A DNA stretch of 64,000 nucleotides from a virus (IMGVR_UViG_3300049215_000223:32001-96000); one strand, 5' to 3'. Counted from the first letter of the stretch, positions 34,636-44,829 are shown. Notes: a model not told the origin generated them from the letters alone. Translations and numbers: made by a program.

Positions 34636-36320
34636 GAGTTCACCGGAGTTGTATATCCATCCCACGGACCCACAATAAATGGAACAGAGCTTTCAACATT
34701 TGTTTTACTTGAAAGTCCAATCCAAGATTTATTTCCAAAAGTATCGGTACCAGATGCATTAATACCGGAGCCTACTGTGCGCATCCATCGAAAACTACCC
34801 TTGCGACACCTAACAAAGGCTTGTGAAGAAATTGCCCAAATATCATCAGATACATAAGTTGTACTAAAAGTGCAAGCTAGCGTCTCTCTATCTCCACCAC
34901 CAGGTAAGGCGACGTTTGGAGCGTATAAATATTGGTTAAAATTGCCAGTTTGACCTATATACATACCACTATAAAGTCCCGTAGTAAATCCTTCACCAGA
35001 TAATCCGCGACGACGCCAAAAACGGAACATAGGAGATGCTGATTGTGAAGAGCCTGTACCACCTGTTGTAAAGGTTGAGTCGTTACCACCACCAACTACT
35101 GTTAGAGCCGTAGCAAATTTTTGATTATATGGGGTATCACCACTTGGTACATAAAAAGCATACGGATCCACATCGCCAGACTCTTGATTATCGACACGCC
35201 CAAAATGGAAACCGTGCCAAGAGCCCGCATCTACAAGGGGCTGACCAATAGCAATCGTAAAAGAACCATCAGCCGAAACATTTGGACCATAAGTTGCATT
35301 TACTGCGATAATTTGTGCTCTAGTTTGGCTGAGGCTTGGTGTATAATTTGTCCAGAGATTAGATGAGGCTAATGGTCCGCCACCAGTTCCTATGAATGTA
35401 AATGAACCGACCGATGGAAAATTGTTTTCTGCAGCCCCTCCGCTACCAGGAGCTTGTGCGCCGTTAGCGGTTGCGGTTGTAGCTAAAACTGAATATCTAG
35501 AAGACTTTTCATTATAACCATCTACACGTTGATAATAAATATGACCGTTGGTAAGATTAGGTGGGGAGGTTGTGTCTTTCCAGAATACAATTTCACAAAC
35601 ATATTCAAGTACAGTAGAACTTGGCGTAACAGTAGCGCCAGAAATAGATCCAGTTATTGCGCCAGTATGGTTCCAGCCATGTGGATCAGCTCCGATTCCA
35701 TCTACACGTGGAGAGATTACTAAATAACCCTGGCTTTGTGTAACCGCTCCACCCACTGCCATTATTCCTGTACCACCTATACATCCTGTAAAAGATGTTG
35801 CAGTAAGACCCGTATAAGTCACAGTTTGTGCACCATTTGTAGTATTAACTAAAATAGTTCCAGAGGAAAGAAATCCAGTTGTAGAATTGACGTTGATAGT
35901 AGATTGTGGTAATAAAGAACTGTCCGAAATAATACTAGTTTGTGTGGAAGCTGCATTAGTATCAAAGATGTACCCTAGTATTTCACCATGTGCACCAGTA
36001 CTAGCCTGATATCCGTCTTCTCCACGCATGAAAGTGCCAACAGAAGCAGATGTAATAGGAACCTTTAGAGTACTTGGACCTTGAGCACACCACCAAGCAG
36101 AAACGCTACCAAATGAAGGATAACTGTCTAGTGCAGGATCAGCGTTACCACCCCATTTATCATTTGCGGGATTACCAGACGTATCTTTACCTAAACTAGT
36201 GCCGTCGCCACTTGCCTTATAAATCCAACCAGCTTTTTTCATAGCTCTGGTTAGTTTCCAAATGACATTAAAAATATCATTGGTTACCATTCCAAAATTT
36301 GGGAAAATTACATTTGCCAT
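34632..36320 (-). CDS. Putative virion protein, paralog 3 (module B)
   Basis: WKLTRAMKKAGW, WWCAQGPSTLK, SGDVDPY, VGPWDG; one FTGCIGG module. Confidence 0.75.
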   Translation of the reverse strand: MANVIFPNFGMVTNDIFNVIWKLTRAMKKAGWIYKASGDGTSLGKDTSGNPANDKWGGNADPALDSYPSFGSVSAWWCAQGPSTLKVPITSASVGTFMRGEDGYQASTGAHGEILGYIFDTNAASTQTSIISDSSLLPQSTINVNSTTGFLSSGTILVNTTNGAQTVTYTGLTATSFTGCIGGTGIMAVGGAVTQSQGYLVISPRVDGIGADPHGWNHTGAITGSISGATVTPSSTVLEYVCEIVFWKDTTSPPNLTNGHIYYQRVDGYNEKSSRYSVLATTATANGAQAPGSGGAAENNFPSVGSFTFIGTGGGPLASSNLWTNYTPSLSQTRAQIIAVNATYGPNVSADGSFTIAIGQPLVDAGSWHGFHFGRVDNQESGDVDPYAFYVPSGDTPYNQKFATALTVVGGGNDSTFTTGGTGSSQSASPMFRFWRRRGLSGEGFTTGLYSGMYIGQTGNFNQYLYAPNVALPGGGDRETLACTFSTTYVSDDIWAISSQAFVRCRKGSFRWMRTVGSGINASGTDTFGNKSWIGLSSKTNVESSVPFIVGPWDGYTTPVNS

Positions 36321-36363
36321 GTTATTGATCTTTATACTTTTTTATTGCTAAAATGGGTCTTTC

Positions 36364-38163
36364 TTAATATTGTATTAAAAATCTAGCCATTGTGCAGGTG
36401 ATGAAATCACTTGTGCCACCCCCGGCTCCCATTTCAAATTGTGCCTGATAAACAGCGGATCCATTGGTCAAATTGGCTGAAATATCACTAGTTGTTAACA
36501 AGGTTGTCGTAGTATTACTGGTTGCCAAGGTAGTTCCAGTTACTACAGAGGTTGCAGAATAATTATATAATCTTATTGTTGCATTAGGACCAGTTGTTTC
36601 CAATAATACTTGAAATTTAATACTCTTGAAATTAGGAGCTATTGTTTGCGGATTAAATTCTCCCGCACCTATTACAGTAAACAGTGAAATATTATTGGAG
36701 GCTGAATCGCCAGATAATAAAGGAAAGTATTTAACTGTTCCTGAAATCTCGCCATTAGGAGAAAAACTAAGTCTACCAGTATCATCAACTGCAGCATAGC
36801 CGTTTCCATGATGTGCTAAGTTAGATGCTGCAACATATCCATCAAAATAGTGTTGCCATAGAGTTCCATCGTTGGCAGCCACTATGAATGCTGGATATGC
36901 GCCAGTAAGATCTACGTTATTAGAATTCCAACGAGTAGTTGATGCGTGCCCATTAAAATTATTATAAACGGTATTAGCGCCCGCACTTTGAGGAAAGGTA
37001 CAATTATCAAATACCGTTCCAATAGAGCCATCAAAATAGTAATTATTAATATCTATTTGACATCCAATAAATTGAACTCCTTGCGTAGATTGTAGTAAAA
37101 TATCTCCGCTATAGATCATACAGTCTACGAACTTCTCACCATTGGATTCATTATTCCACACAAAAACGTTTGTAGTATTGTGATTGATTTCGAATCCAGA
37201 AACAACACCGTGCGCATCGTCTCCACCACCGTCTACTTTGAATCCTGTAGTACAAGCCGTAATAGTTCCGCCAATAAAGGCTTGATTACCACCTTCACAT
37301 TCAATACCAACGCCGCAACCATCAATTTGGACGGAAGATGTAAGAGCGTACTCTCCAAGCAACCATAAACCAGTACCACATTGCCAGCATCTAGAGTTAG
37401 AAATTAAGGAGGTAAAGTAAGGAGTAACGGTTGCAATTGGACCCGGAATTTGATAAGTAAGAACGCCTGCACCACCAAGAGAATCGAATGTCATTCCATT
37501 GACACGCATCCAATGAAAACCCGTATTAAATCCGGCACCTAAGTTCTGGTTAGCAATACCAATTTGACTGGTTGCAAGTGCTCCGCTACCCACAATTTTA
37601 AAATTACTAAAAGTTACGTGATCGCCAGATTGAATAAAAAGAGCGTTGTTCGTTGCCGTTTTTACAATAGAGCTGTCACCATAACCTATAATAGTTACAC
37701 CAGCAGGTACATTATATGGAGCCGAAGCACTAATAAGATAAGTTTTATTGGAACCAAGTTGAATAGTGCCGCCGCCAGCTACAGCTGCTAAAGCAGAAAG
37801 CATTGCGAAGGAATCATCTGTAACTCCATTACCAACAGCGCCATACTTTTCAAGCGTTACTACATTTAGTTTTGAAAAACTAATAATAGAGTTATTTGCT
37901 GTGCTTCCAATAACATCTCCAAACATATTATTATCTGAAGCCTGTAACCAGTTACTATTATCTCCTGGAGCGCCCAAAGTATAAAGATAGCCGTCAGCCT
38001 GGACATATACTGCCATTCCTATTTTTCTATTCAGAGTGGGAATGCTATTTCTGTCAGCAATAGTAGCTCTAACCTGGTAACCACCATAACCATCCACGTC
38101 TTCAAAGACCGGGAAAGCTCCAGAGTTATATGGTTTTATTTTGGATATTAAGGGGATTGGCAT
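36364..38163 (-). CDS. Tailspike/depolymerase-like protein, pectate-lyase-3 beta-helix
   Basis: TLEKYGAVGNGVTDDSFA..GGGTIQL followed by beta-helix-like repeats; N-terminal NRKIGMAVYV. Confidence 0.8.
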   Translation of the reverse strand: MPIPLISKIKPYNSGAFPVFEDVDGYGGYQVRATIADRNSIPTLNRKIGMAVYVQADGYLYTLGAPGDNSNWLQASDNNMFGDVIGSTANNSIISFSKLNVVTLEKYGAVGNGVTDDSFAMLSALAAVAGGGTIQLGSNKTYLISASAPYNVPAGVTIIGYGDSSIVKTATNNALFIQSGDHVTFSNFKIVGSGALATSQIGIANQNLGAGFNTGFHWMRVNGMTFDSLGGAGVLTYQIPGPIATVTPYFTSLISNSRCWQCGTGLWLLGEYALTSSVQIDGCGVGIECEGGNQAFIGGTITACTTGFKVDGGGDDAHGVVSGFEINHNTTNVFVWNNESNGEKFVDCMIYSGDILLQSTQGVQFIGCQIDINNYYFDGSIGTVFDNCTFPQSAGANTVYNNFNGHASTTRWNSNNVDLTGAYPAFIVAANDGTLWQHYFDGYVAASNLAHHGNGYAAVDDTGRLSFSPNGEISGTVKYFPLLSGDSASNNISLFTVIGAGEFNPQTIAPNFKSIKFQVLLETTGPNATIRLYNYSATSVVTGTTLATSNTTTTLLTTSDISANLTNGSAVYQAQFEMGAGGGTSDFITCTMARFLIQY

Positions 38164-38170
38164 GTTATCC

Positions 38171-39295
38171 TTACGTTACAACCACTGTAATGTTGCCCAA
38201 GCCAAGGTTGTCACTTTCATACAAAGTATAATTCTCAGTAAAACCATTGGTGTTAGTAACTGAAATAGTAGAAGAGTCTAATGCGAACCCTCCAGAGAAC
38301 CCACCAACTGTAAAGGTAGCTGCACCATATGCAGTACGATAGGCATAGTAAACTTTTTGAGTAGGACCAGCAGTTACGTTAAAGGTTCCATTTCTAGACA
38401 ATTGAAGTTGACTATTGCTCAAAGCTTGAATAAATGCAGCTCCTCCGCCTCCTGCTGCCGCAACGCCCCAATAAACCAATTGTGTCCAAGTCGTAGTCGC
38501 TGTTGGAGTTACTGTTGAATTTCCATCACTTGTAGTTAGTGTGAATGTTTCAACGGCACCATAAGTATTTTTTGTATAGGAGTATGGACTATTGAAGGCG
38601 GTTGGTGTTCCAATAACGTTTACTGGAGCATTGCCGTCGCTATCAGTAAACACTGCGCTTGTAGGAGGTCCCACACCACCAGAATAGCTAGCCGTAAATG
38701 AAGGGGTAGCTACAGTGGATCCAACTTGAGTCAAAGTTGGATTGACATTTAGGTTAGCTAAATAAGGACTCGTAGCAACGCCCTTTGGAATCCAGGTTGT
38801 GCCATTCCAAGTCAATACTTGATTGGTGGTTGGAGCTGTTGATGAAACAGGAAGACCTTGTAAACCAATAACTCTTTGTGAGGTTGGTAATCCTGACAAG
38901 TCACCACCTGCTACGAAGTTACCACCACCGCCACCACCACCTGATTGTGGTGCAGGGGTCCAAGCAATGCCGTCCCAAACCAAAACGTCATTTAGATTAG
39001 GCGCAACTGTAGAAACAGGTCTGCCCTGAATTCCAATAACTAAAGGATTCTCTAAAGTGCCACCTAAATCTTGTGCAAGCTCAATAATTAGTAATCCGCC
39101 AACAGTATACTCTAGCGCATCAAGTCTTGCCCTAACCGTACCATAAGATCCGCTTGGTTTAACACCTAATTCTGACTCAATTGCCAAGATGGCATTTCTT
39201 GAAGCATTAAAAATAGAGCCTTGAACTGGCGTAAAGTTATCTACGGCAGAAGGTAAGGTAATGCTTGTATCTATTTGGGCGGGGAATATTGTCAT
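38171..39295 (-). CDS. Putative fibre/decoration protein with shared N-terminal anchor
   Basis: MTIFPAQID..ESELGVKPSGSYG..IGIQGRPV..WDGIAW shared with 39345-41453. Confidence 0.75.
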   Translation of the reverse strand: MTIFPAQIDTSITLPSAVDNFTPVQGSIFNASRNAILAIESELGVKPSGSYGTVRARLDALEYTVGGLLIIELAQDLGGTLENPLVIGIQGRPVSTVAPNLNDVLVWDGIAWTPAPQSGGGGGGGNFVAGGDLSGLPTSQRVIGLQGLPVSSTAPTTNQVLTWNGTTWIPKGVATSPYLANLNVNPTLTQVGSTVATPSFTASYSGGVGPPTSAVFTDSDGNAPVNVIGTPTAFNSPYSYTKNTYGAVETFTLTTSDGNSTVTPTATTTWTQLVYWGVAAAGGGGAAFIQALSNSQLQLSRNGTFNVTAGPTQKVYYAYRTAYGAATFTVGGFSGGFALDSSTISVTNTNGFTENYTLYESDNLGLGNITVVVT

Positions 39296-39312
39296 TAATT
39301 TTCTCTAAGGTA

Positions 39313-39337
39313 CAAGTATATGCCGCATTTATGGCAT
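39313..39337 (-). promoter_or_regulatory. Candidate late promoter motif ATRCYA-N7-GGCAT-N4-TTG
   Basis: ATGCCA-TAAATGC-GGCAT-ATAC-TTG, just upstream of ATG 39295. Confidence 0.4.
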
Positions 39338-39344
39338 GGCTAAG

Positions 39345-41453
39345 TTATGAGTTACTAATTCCAGTTGCTGGAAAACAAGGATTGAATACTGTATTTCCAA
39401 ATCCGCCACCACCAACAGTTGTATATAGGTTTGCCCATGTTAAATTTCGAGATGCTGTTGGAATAAAGGTTACTGGATCAACAGCTGGCAAAGCTGTATA
39501 ACCGCTACCAAGTGAAAAGTCTCCTTGAACACCTGTAAGTTTGGGCTGTACACCATCAATTATCAATTGGTTACCCGCGCCCACAGATACTCCAAATCCG
39601 ACAGCTCCAGAACCCCAGATTGGGTTTCCTCCTCGATCGACAAATCGTACGCGTGCAGTTGTACAGTAATGACCAGAAGAACCAATCTGTATAGCGTCCC
39701 CATTGTCAATAGCGCTAACAAGAACCACCGAATCCCATACCGAAATCGAAGAACGGATTTGACAGTCTCCAACTGCCCAGATCGAACCGCCCTGAATTGT
39801 TGTCCACCAATCAAGAACTGCAGAGTCTCCCGCACCTCCTGTCACTTGAGCTACTGCTGGGAAGCCATCAGTTCGAATAAGAGCCCCACCGAGCCACTGA
39901 AACCCTTCATTGTTTGCATTGATGAACGGAGCGGTTATACCTGGCGCTACACAGTTGCCGAAACCAATGTTTCCAGAGTTTCCTCCGTAATACGGTCTGC
40001 CTACGAATGAGCATTGAAAGAAAGCTACACCCAAAGCTGGCGGAACCTCACCCAAAGTAAAGATTACACTGTTTGAGTTATCATTGACCTTTACATTTGA
40101 AATCTGCAAAGTTAGGAAGTCGCTGAATTGCGCAAAGATGTTGTTTGACATCGTTAATCCCCACTCTCCAAATGCTACTAGAACAGGATCCTCAACATTG
40201 TAAGTATCGGTTGCAATTGGGTTGATATTGGCAGGGATGATGTTGGAGTTAGGCTCGTCACAAAACTGTGGAATGCTAATACGAGCTTTGTTGCTGCCCA
40301 GGTCCTTTAACACATAGGCATAAGAATTCACGCGTGGGAAGTGAATACGCTTCCCTAGGTACGGCGTCCAGTCAGCAACACCTGGATCGGTAATTTCAGT
40401 AGCTTGTCCACCACCCCCAGCATTTGGATTTGCTGCTGTAAATACGCTGATCGTACCACTAAGAAGCAATGTAGGAGTTTTGTCACCAAGAATTCTAACA
40501 TAAGTATCATTAGCTAGATTCCAAATCATGTCGATGGTATCGCCCGTAATCATTGGATTAAGAATGTGAATGATAATTTCAAACGCATTCACACCTGTTT
40601 GGTTGGAAGAAATCGTCTCTCTCTGCCACCTTCTACGTAGCTCTTGAGCAGTTTTCAATGCTGCAGGAGAGCCTGTTGGGCTAGTATAGATTCCCTGATT
40701 CTCATCATTTCCACCAACGGGATCGATGTAGACGTCAGAAATATTAGTTCTCCAAGCTGGATGACTATAAGTATCACGTACCCATCTGGTATTGCCACCA
40801 TTGGCAGTAGCCTCTACCGTAATGTGATCAATTGTAAATAGTGCACCAGATGCCACATATTTCCACGGATTTTTTACTGAGGCTACATATACAGAAAATC
40901 CTTCTTGTCCCGCCAGGGTAGTGAGCGCAGCAATATTAGGTACTGTTGGAGATTTAGCCTTCCAATATCCATTAATACTATCCCAGGATAATGCATACCC
41001 CTCTTGACAAGCGCCAAGTATCTGTGTAAGAACCGGGTTACCTTGAATACCAATTACTGTTTGAGATGTGTTATTTCCTGCAAGATCTTTAGAAAAATTG
41101 ACTGGTGGTCCTGGCACCCACGCAATTCCGTCCCAAATCAAAACATTCAACAAACTAGGCGCTGTTGAAGAAACTGGTCGTCCCTGAATACCAATAACGA
41201 GTGGATCGATGAGTGTATTACCTAAGTCTCCTGCAAGATTTATTATTTGCAAATTACCAATAGTTGTTTCTAATGTATCTAATCTAGATCTAATCGTGCC
41301 ATAGATGCCACTAGGCTTTACACCAAGCTCATCTTCAACCGCAAGGATAGCGTCTCTCAGGCGATTGACAATCAGACCTTGAGCAGCAGTCGAATTATCT
41401 ACCACCGTTGGTAACGATGTAGTAGTGTCTATTTGTGCAGGATAATTCGTCAT
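39345..41453 (-). CDS. Putative tail fibre/spike protein with shared N-terminal anchor
   Basis: MTNYPAQID..EDELGVKPSGIYG; YIDPVGGNDEN; C-terminal beta-rich region. Confidence 0.75.
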   Translation of the reverse strand: MTNYPAQIDTTTSLPTVVDNSTAAQGLIVNRLRDAILAVEDELGVKPSGIYGTIRSRLDTLETTIGNLQIINLAGDLGNTLIDPLVIGIQGRPVSSTAPSLLNVLIWDGIAWVPGPPVNFSKDLAGNNTSQTVIGIQGNPVLTQILGACQEGYALSWDSINGYWKAKSPTVPNIAALTTLAGQEGFSVYVASVKNPWKYVASGALFTIDHITVEATANGGNTRWVRDTYSHPAWRTNISDVYIDPVGGNDENQGIYTSPTGSPAALKTAQELRRRWQRETISSNQTGVNAFEIIIHILNPMITGDTIDMIWNLANDTYVRILGDKTPTLLLSGTISVFTAANPNAGGGGQATEITDPGVADWTPYLGKRIHFPRVNSYAYVLKDLGSNKARISIPQFCDEPNSNIIPANINPIATDTYNVEDPVLVAFGEWGLTMSNNIFAQFSDFLTLQISNVKVNDNSNSVIFTLGEVPPALGVAFFQCSFVGRPYYGGNSGNIGFGNCVAPGITAPFINANNEGFQWLGGALIRTDGFPAVAQVTGGAGDSAVLDWWTTIQGGSIWAVGDCQIRSSISVWDSVVLVSAIDNGDAIQIGSSGHYCTTARVRFVDRGGNPIWGSGAVGFGVSVGAGNQLIIDGVQPKLTGVQGDFSLGSGYTALPAVDPVTFIPTASRNLTWANLYTTVGGGGFGNTVFNPCFPATGISNS

Positions 41454-41471
41454 TCAGACCTCAATAAATTT

Positions 41472-41496
41472 CAAATACATGCCAAACTTTTAGTAT
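41472..41496 (-). promoter_or_regulatory. Candidate late promoter motif
   Basis: ATACTA-AAAGTTT-GGCAT-GTAT-TTG, just upstream of ATG 41453. Confidence 0.4.
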
Positions 41497-41522
41497 GTTG
41501 ATAGATACAATCAGGAGTTACT

Positions 41523-41885
41523 ATGAGTTCTTTGAAGAAAATGGCAGATTTAGCTAATAAATTTGAACATAAACTTGCCCAAGTTCAACATACTCAAAGT
41601 GCACAGCCTAGTGAGCTGGAAAAGGCATTAAGAGCTGCCGGGGTTAGACCAGAAGCCGAACATATTGCGCCCTTTTTGGATAAGGCTAGGGTACCAACTG
41701 ATGCCTCCGTAAATGTTCAACTTAAAGTAAATCCTAATCAAAGTGTATCTTTTGTGACGACACCAGTATTTGCTGCTTTAAATGGTTTGCTTAACCAAGC
41801 ATATTCAAATAAAATGCAAGCCGCCCTAAAAGCAGCAAACTTGGCACCAGCTGAACCAATGGTGCTTAACCTGGCAACATTTTAA
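41523..41885 (+). CDS. Hypothetical protein with N-terminal ..LANKFEHKLAQ motif
   Basis: AGGAG SD; 120 aa. Confidence 0.75.
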   Translation: MSSLKKMADLANKFEHKLAQVQHTQSAQPSELEKALRAAGVRPEAEHIAPFLDKARVPTDASVNVQLKVNPNQSVSFVTTPVFAALNGLLNQAYSNKMQAALKAANLAPAEPMVLNLATF

Positions 41886-41920
41886 GGAAAATCCATGTAA
41901 ACAAATGGGGAGGTACGAGA

Positions 41921-42574
41921 ATGTCATTTCAAGATCTAGTAACCGCAGCGCAACAGTATTTCCCTGATTTACAAATTAAGTATAAAAACCAATCATTATT
42001 CATGAAAATTTTAGGAATGATTTTATTTTTCAATCCTACATTCATGACCTCTTACATTACCACTATTGGTTCTACAGTATATTTCCCAAATACTGATGAA
42101 ATTAATAATAGACCAAATTCAGCAGCTATTGTTCTTTTACATGAATTAGTTCATATTCACGATTCTAAAAAATGGGGAAGATTGTTATTTTCATTTTTAT
42201 ATCTAACACCACAAGTTTTCTTATTGTTGGCTATACCCGCACTATTAATAATCTGGAAAATAGCTTTAGTGCTTTTTCTATTATTTGCATTGCCTTTTCC
42301 GTCTTATTTCAGAATGCTTTTTGAAAAAAGAGCTTATCTAACATCTTTATATGTTTTGAATGCATATGGTAAAAAACAGAATTTTCCACCCCTTCTTGCT
42401 TCTCAAAAAGATATCTGGATAAAACATTTTAAGGATTCCAGCTATTATTTTATGTGGACATTTAGTAACATCGATAAAGATTTTGATGCTGCTGTTGTAA
42501 AAATTCAGGCAGGACAAAGACCTTTTGAAGATCCTGTCTTCGATATTATAGACAATCTAATCGCGGTGATATAA
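41921..42574 (+). CDS. Membrane-anchored zincin-like metallopeptidase
   Basis: LLHELVHIHD (HExxH), two TM segments, FEKRAY. Confidence 0.65.
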   Translation: MSFQDLVTAAQQYFPDLQIKYKNQSLFMKILGMILFFNPTFMTSYITTIGSTVYFPNTDEINNRPNSAAIVLLHELVHIHDSKKWGRLLFSFLYLTPQVFLLLAIPALLIIWKIALVLFLLFALPFPSYFRMLFEKRAYLTSLYVLNAYGKKQNFPPLLASQKDIWIKHFKDSSYYFMWTFSNIDKDFDAAVVKIQAGQRPFEDPVFDIIDNLIAVI

Positions 42575-42584
42575 TAACCGTTAC

Positions 42585-43796
42585 ATGAGTAATTTTGATG
42601 TTGGAATTATTGGGGCTGGTGTAGCTGGAGCTTTTGCCACTTTAAAAATGGCAAAAGACCACAAAGGGGCAAAAACCATCCTATTCGATTTAGGTCGCCC
42701 ACCTATGAAGCGCAGAAGACAACTCGAAGGTTGGCTTGGTTGTTTACCCAACAGTGATGGTAAGCTGTATCTTAATGATATGGACAAAGTATCTAATTTA
42801 GTAGGCTCCAGAAAAGCTAAATCATCTTTTAATTATTTTGAAAAAGTAATTTCAAATGTAAATGACTTTAAGGTAATTAAAGACAAATCTCCATCTATTT
42901 CTATGGAAAAGAAATTAGCAAAAAATGGATATGATTTATCTTTAAATGATCATATCCAAATTTATCCAAAAGATATTCATGCTTTGTCTAAGTATATGGC
43001 AGAGACTATAGAACAGTCTAAAAATATTACATATTGTTTCGACAATGAAGTGAAGAAAATTTACAAGAATAAAAGTCATTTTACCATTGTTTCTGAAAAT
43101 CAAGAATATAAATGCAAGAAATTAATCATAGCTGTAGGTCGTAGTGGCTGGCGCTGGGCTAAAGAGTTGTATTCCGATTTTGGCATCATTGACAATAATG
43201 ATGTGGCTAAATTTGGAATTCGTATAGAAGTTAGCTCTAGTATAATGAAAGATTTTAATAAATCAAACTGCACTCTTACCAAAGGAGATATTGAAATTGG
43301 ACCATTCTCTTGGTTTGGTACAGTTATTCCGGAAGATCATATAGATTTAGCTATATCTGCCTTTCGTTCTAATGAAAATCGTTGGAAATCTGATAAAGTT
43401 TCTTTTTCTCTAATTGGCAGTCGCCCATATCCTGGAAAAGGTTTTGAACAAACAGATAGAATTGGCAAACTAACTTTTGTGTTAGCCAATGATAGAATCA
43501 TTAGAGAAAGAGTGTCTCATATCTTAAATGGCAAAAGTAAAATCTCTATTCTGATACCAGAGTATGAGTGGCTAAAGGCGGCAATCACAGAGCTGTCAGC
43601 TGTAGTGCCAGAAATATCTACAAAGGCTTATTTCCACGTACCAACCATTACAGCAATGGCTCCACAAATCAATATTGGAACCAATTTAGAAACCGAAATT
43701 GATGGTATGTTTGTAGTTGGCGAAAGTGCCGGAATCCATGGTATATTAGCTGCTGGAACCATGGGCATTATCGCCGCTGACCACGTATGCAAATGA
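42585..43796 (+). CDS. FAD-dependent oxidoreductase family protein
   Basis: DVGIIGAGVAG Rossmann motif, SDGKL, IIAVGRSG, GMFVVGESAG. Confidence 0.8.
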   Translation: MSNFDVGIIGAGVAGAFATLKMAKDHKGAKTILFDLGRPPMKRRRQLEGWLGCLPNSDGKLYLNDMDKVSNLVGSRKAKSSFNYFEKVISNVNDFKVIKDKSPSISMEKKLAKNGYDLSLNDHIQIYPKDIHALSKYMAETIEQSKNITYCFDNEVKKIYKNKSHFTIVSENQEYKCKKLIIAVGRSGWRWAKELYSDFGIIDNNDVAKFGIRIEVSSSIMKDFNKSNCTLTKGDIEIGPFSWFGTVIPEDHIDLAISAFRSNENRWKSDKVSFSLIGSRPYPGKGFEQTDRIGKLTFVLANDRIIRERVSHILNGKSKISILIPEYEWLKAAITELSAVVPEISTKAYFHVPTITAMAPQINIGTNLETEIDGMFVVGESAGIHGILAAGTMGIIAADHVCK

Positions 43797-43803
43797 GAAA
43801 CTA

Positions 43804-44160
43804 ATGGCTAATAAAACACATTCAGATGGAACAAGCACCTCTACAACTTCGGAAGAACCAAAAGATCGGAACTCCAAATATAGTTTTGGTAAATTCGAAT
43901 ATGATCTTTACCACGAAGAAGATGATGTTTCTTTGCCCGTAGTCAGAGTGAAGCATGTCAGCATGCCTAACAAAGGTGAGCGCTGGAAAATCTTCGAAGA
44001 TAATAAAGTAGTTTTTGTGGTTGAAGGCGCTAAGCTGAACAATAAAGAAAAAGATTTTTTGAGGGGAATTGATGGGGTAAATTTCTTAATTGCTCAGCAT
44101 AAATCTGGTATTAAATCATTTAATTCGCTTAAGACCGAGATCAAAAAAAGATTGAAATAA
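43804..44160 (+). CDS. Hypothetical protein
   Basis: 118 aa ORF in operon. Confidence 0.7.
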   Translation: MANKTHSDGTSTSTTSEEPKDRNSKYSFGKFEYDLYHEEDDVSLPVVRVKHVSMPNKGERWKIFEDNKVVFVVEGAKLNNKEKDFLRGIDGVNFLIAQHKSGIKSFNSLKTEIKKRLK

Positions 44161-44167
44161 ATTGAGC

Positions 44168-44195
44168 TTGACGGCTCCATTACAATGATTAAACT
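44168..44195 (+). promoter_or_regulatory. Possible sigma70 promoter
   Basis: TTGACG-N16-TAAACT upstream of the 44224 gene. Confidence 0.35.
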
Positions 44196-44223
44196 AAACT
44201 GGTAATATAGCCAGGAGTATTCT

Positions 44224-44814
44224 ATGGATTTTGTACTTTATGTTGCAGACTGTGAAACCACTGGTCTAGACTCTCGTATTCATGACGTGATCGAACTTTC
44301 CTTACTCAGGTTGAGCGATGGTGCCCAAAAGACTTGGTGCCTGAAGCCATTTAGTCCAGATGCCATTGATGTTGCATCTCTCAGAATCAATGGACACAAG
44401 ATGGAAGATTTGCGTCATGAAACGAAGGATGGACGTGGAAGATATCTAGACCCCAATGTGGTTATAGTGGATATCGAAAATTGGATTATGGAAGACGGCG
44501 TGCCTGCCGAACAACGAGTGTTGGTTGGACAAAACGTCGCCTTCGACCGCGAAAGATTTGAACAGCTTTGGAATAAGTGTAACTCGAAAGATTCTTATCC
44601 TTTTGGAAGAAGAATGATGGACACAATGATGTTGGCTTTTATGTTAGATTATGTTCAAGGGACTATGGCTGAGGGCTATAGCCTAAATAATTTAATTAAG
44701 AGATATGGAATCAAAAATAAACAGGCTCACTCAGCAGAAAGCGATGTTCTTGCCACAAAAGAATTATTTGAAGCCCAGATGAATGATTTAAAAAAGAAGT
44801 TGGGTATTAAATGA
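44224..44814 (+). CDS. DEDDh 3'-5' exonuclease (second paralog)
   Basis: VADCETTGL, QNVAFD, HSAESD. Confidence 0.9.
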   Translation: MDFVLYVADCETTGLDSRIHDVIELSLLRLSDGAQKTWCLKPFSPDAIDVASLRINGHKMEDLRHETKDGRGRYLDPNVVIVDIENWIMEDGVPAEQRVLVGQNVAFDRERFEQLWNKCNSKDSYPFGRRMMDTMMLAFMLDYVQGTMAEGYSLNNLIKRYGIKNKQAHSAESDVLATKELFEAQMNDLKKKLGIK

Positions 44815-44829
44815 AAATTTGTAGGGCAT

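Noticed and set aside
39265-40841. + strand ORFs of 65-161 aa inside the fibre genes
   Set aside because: Fully antisense to well-supported long CDSs, with no motifs
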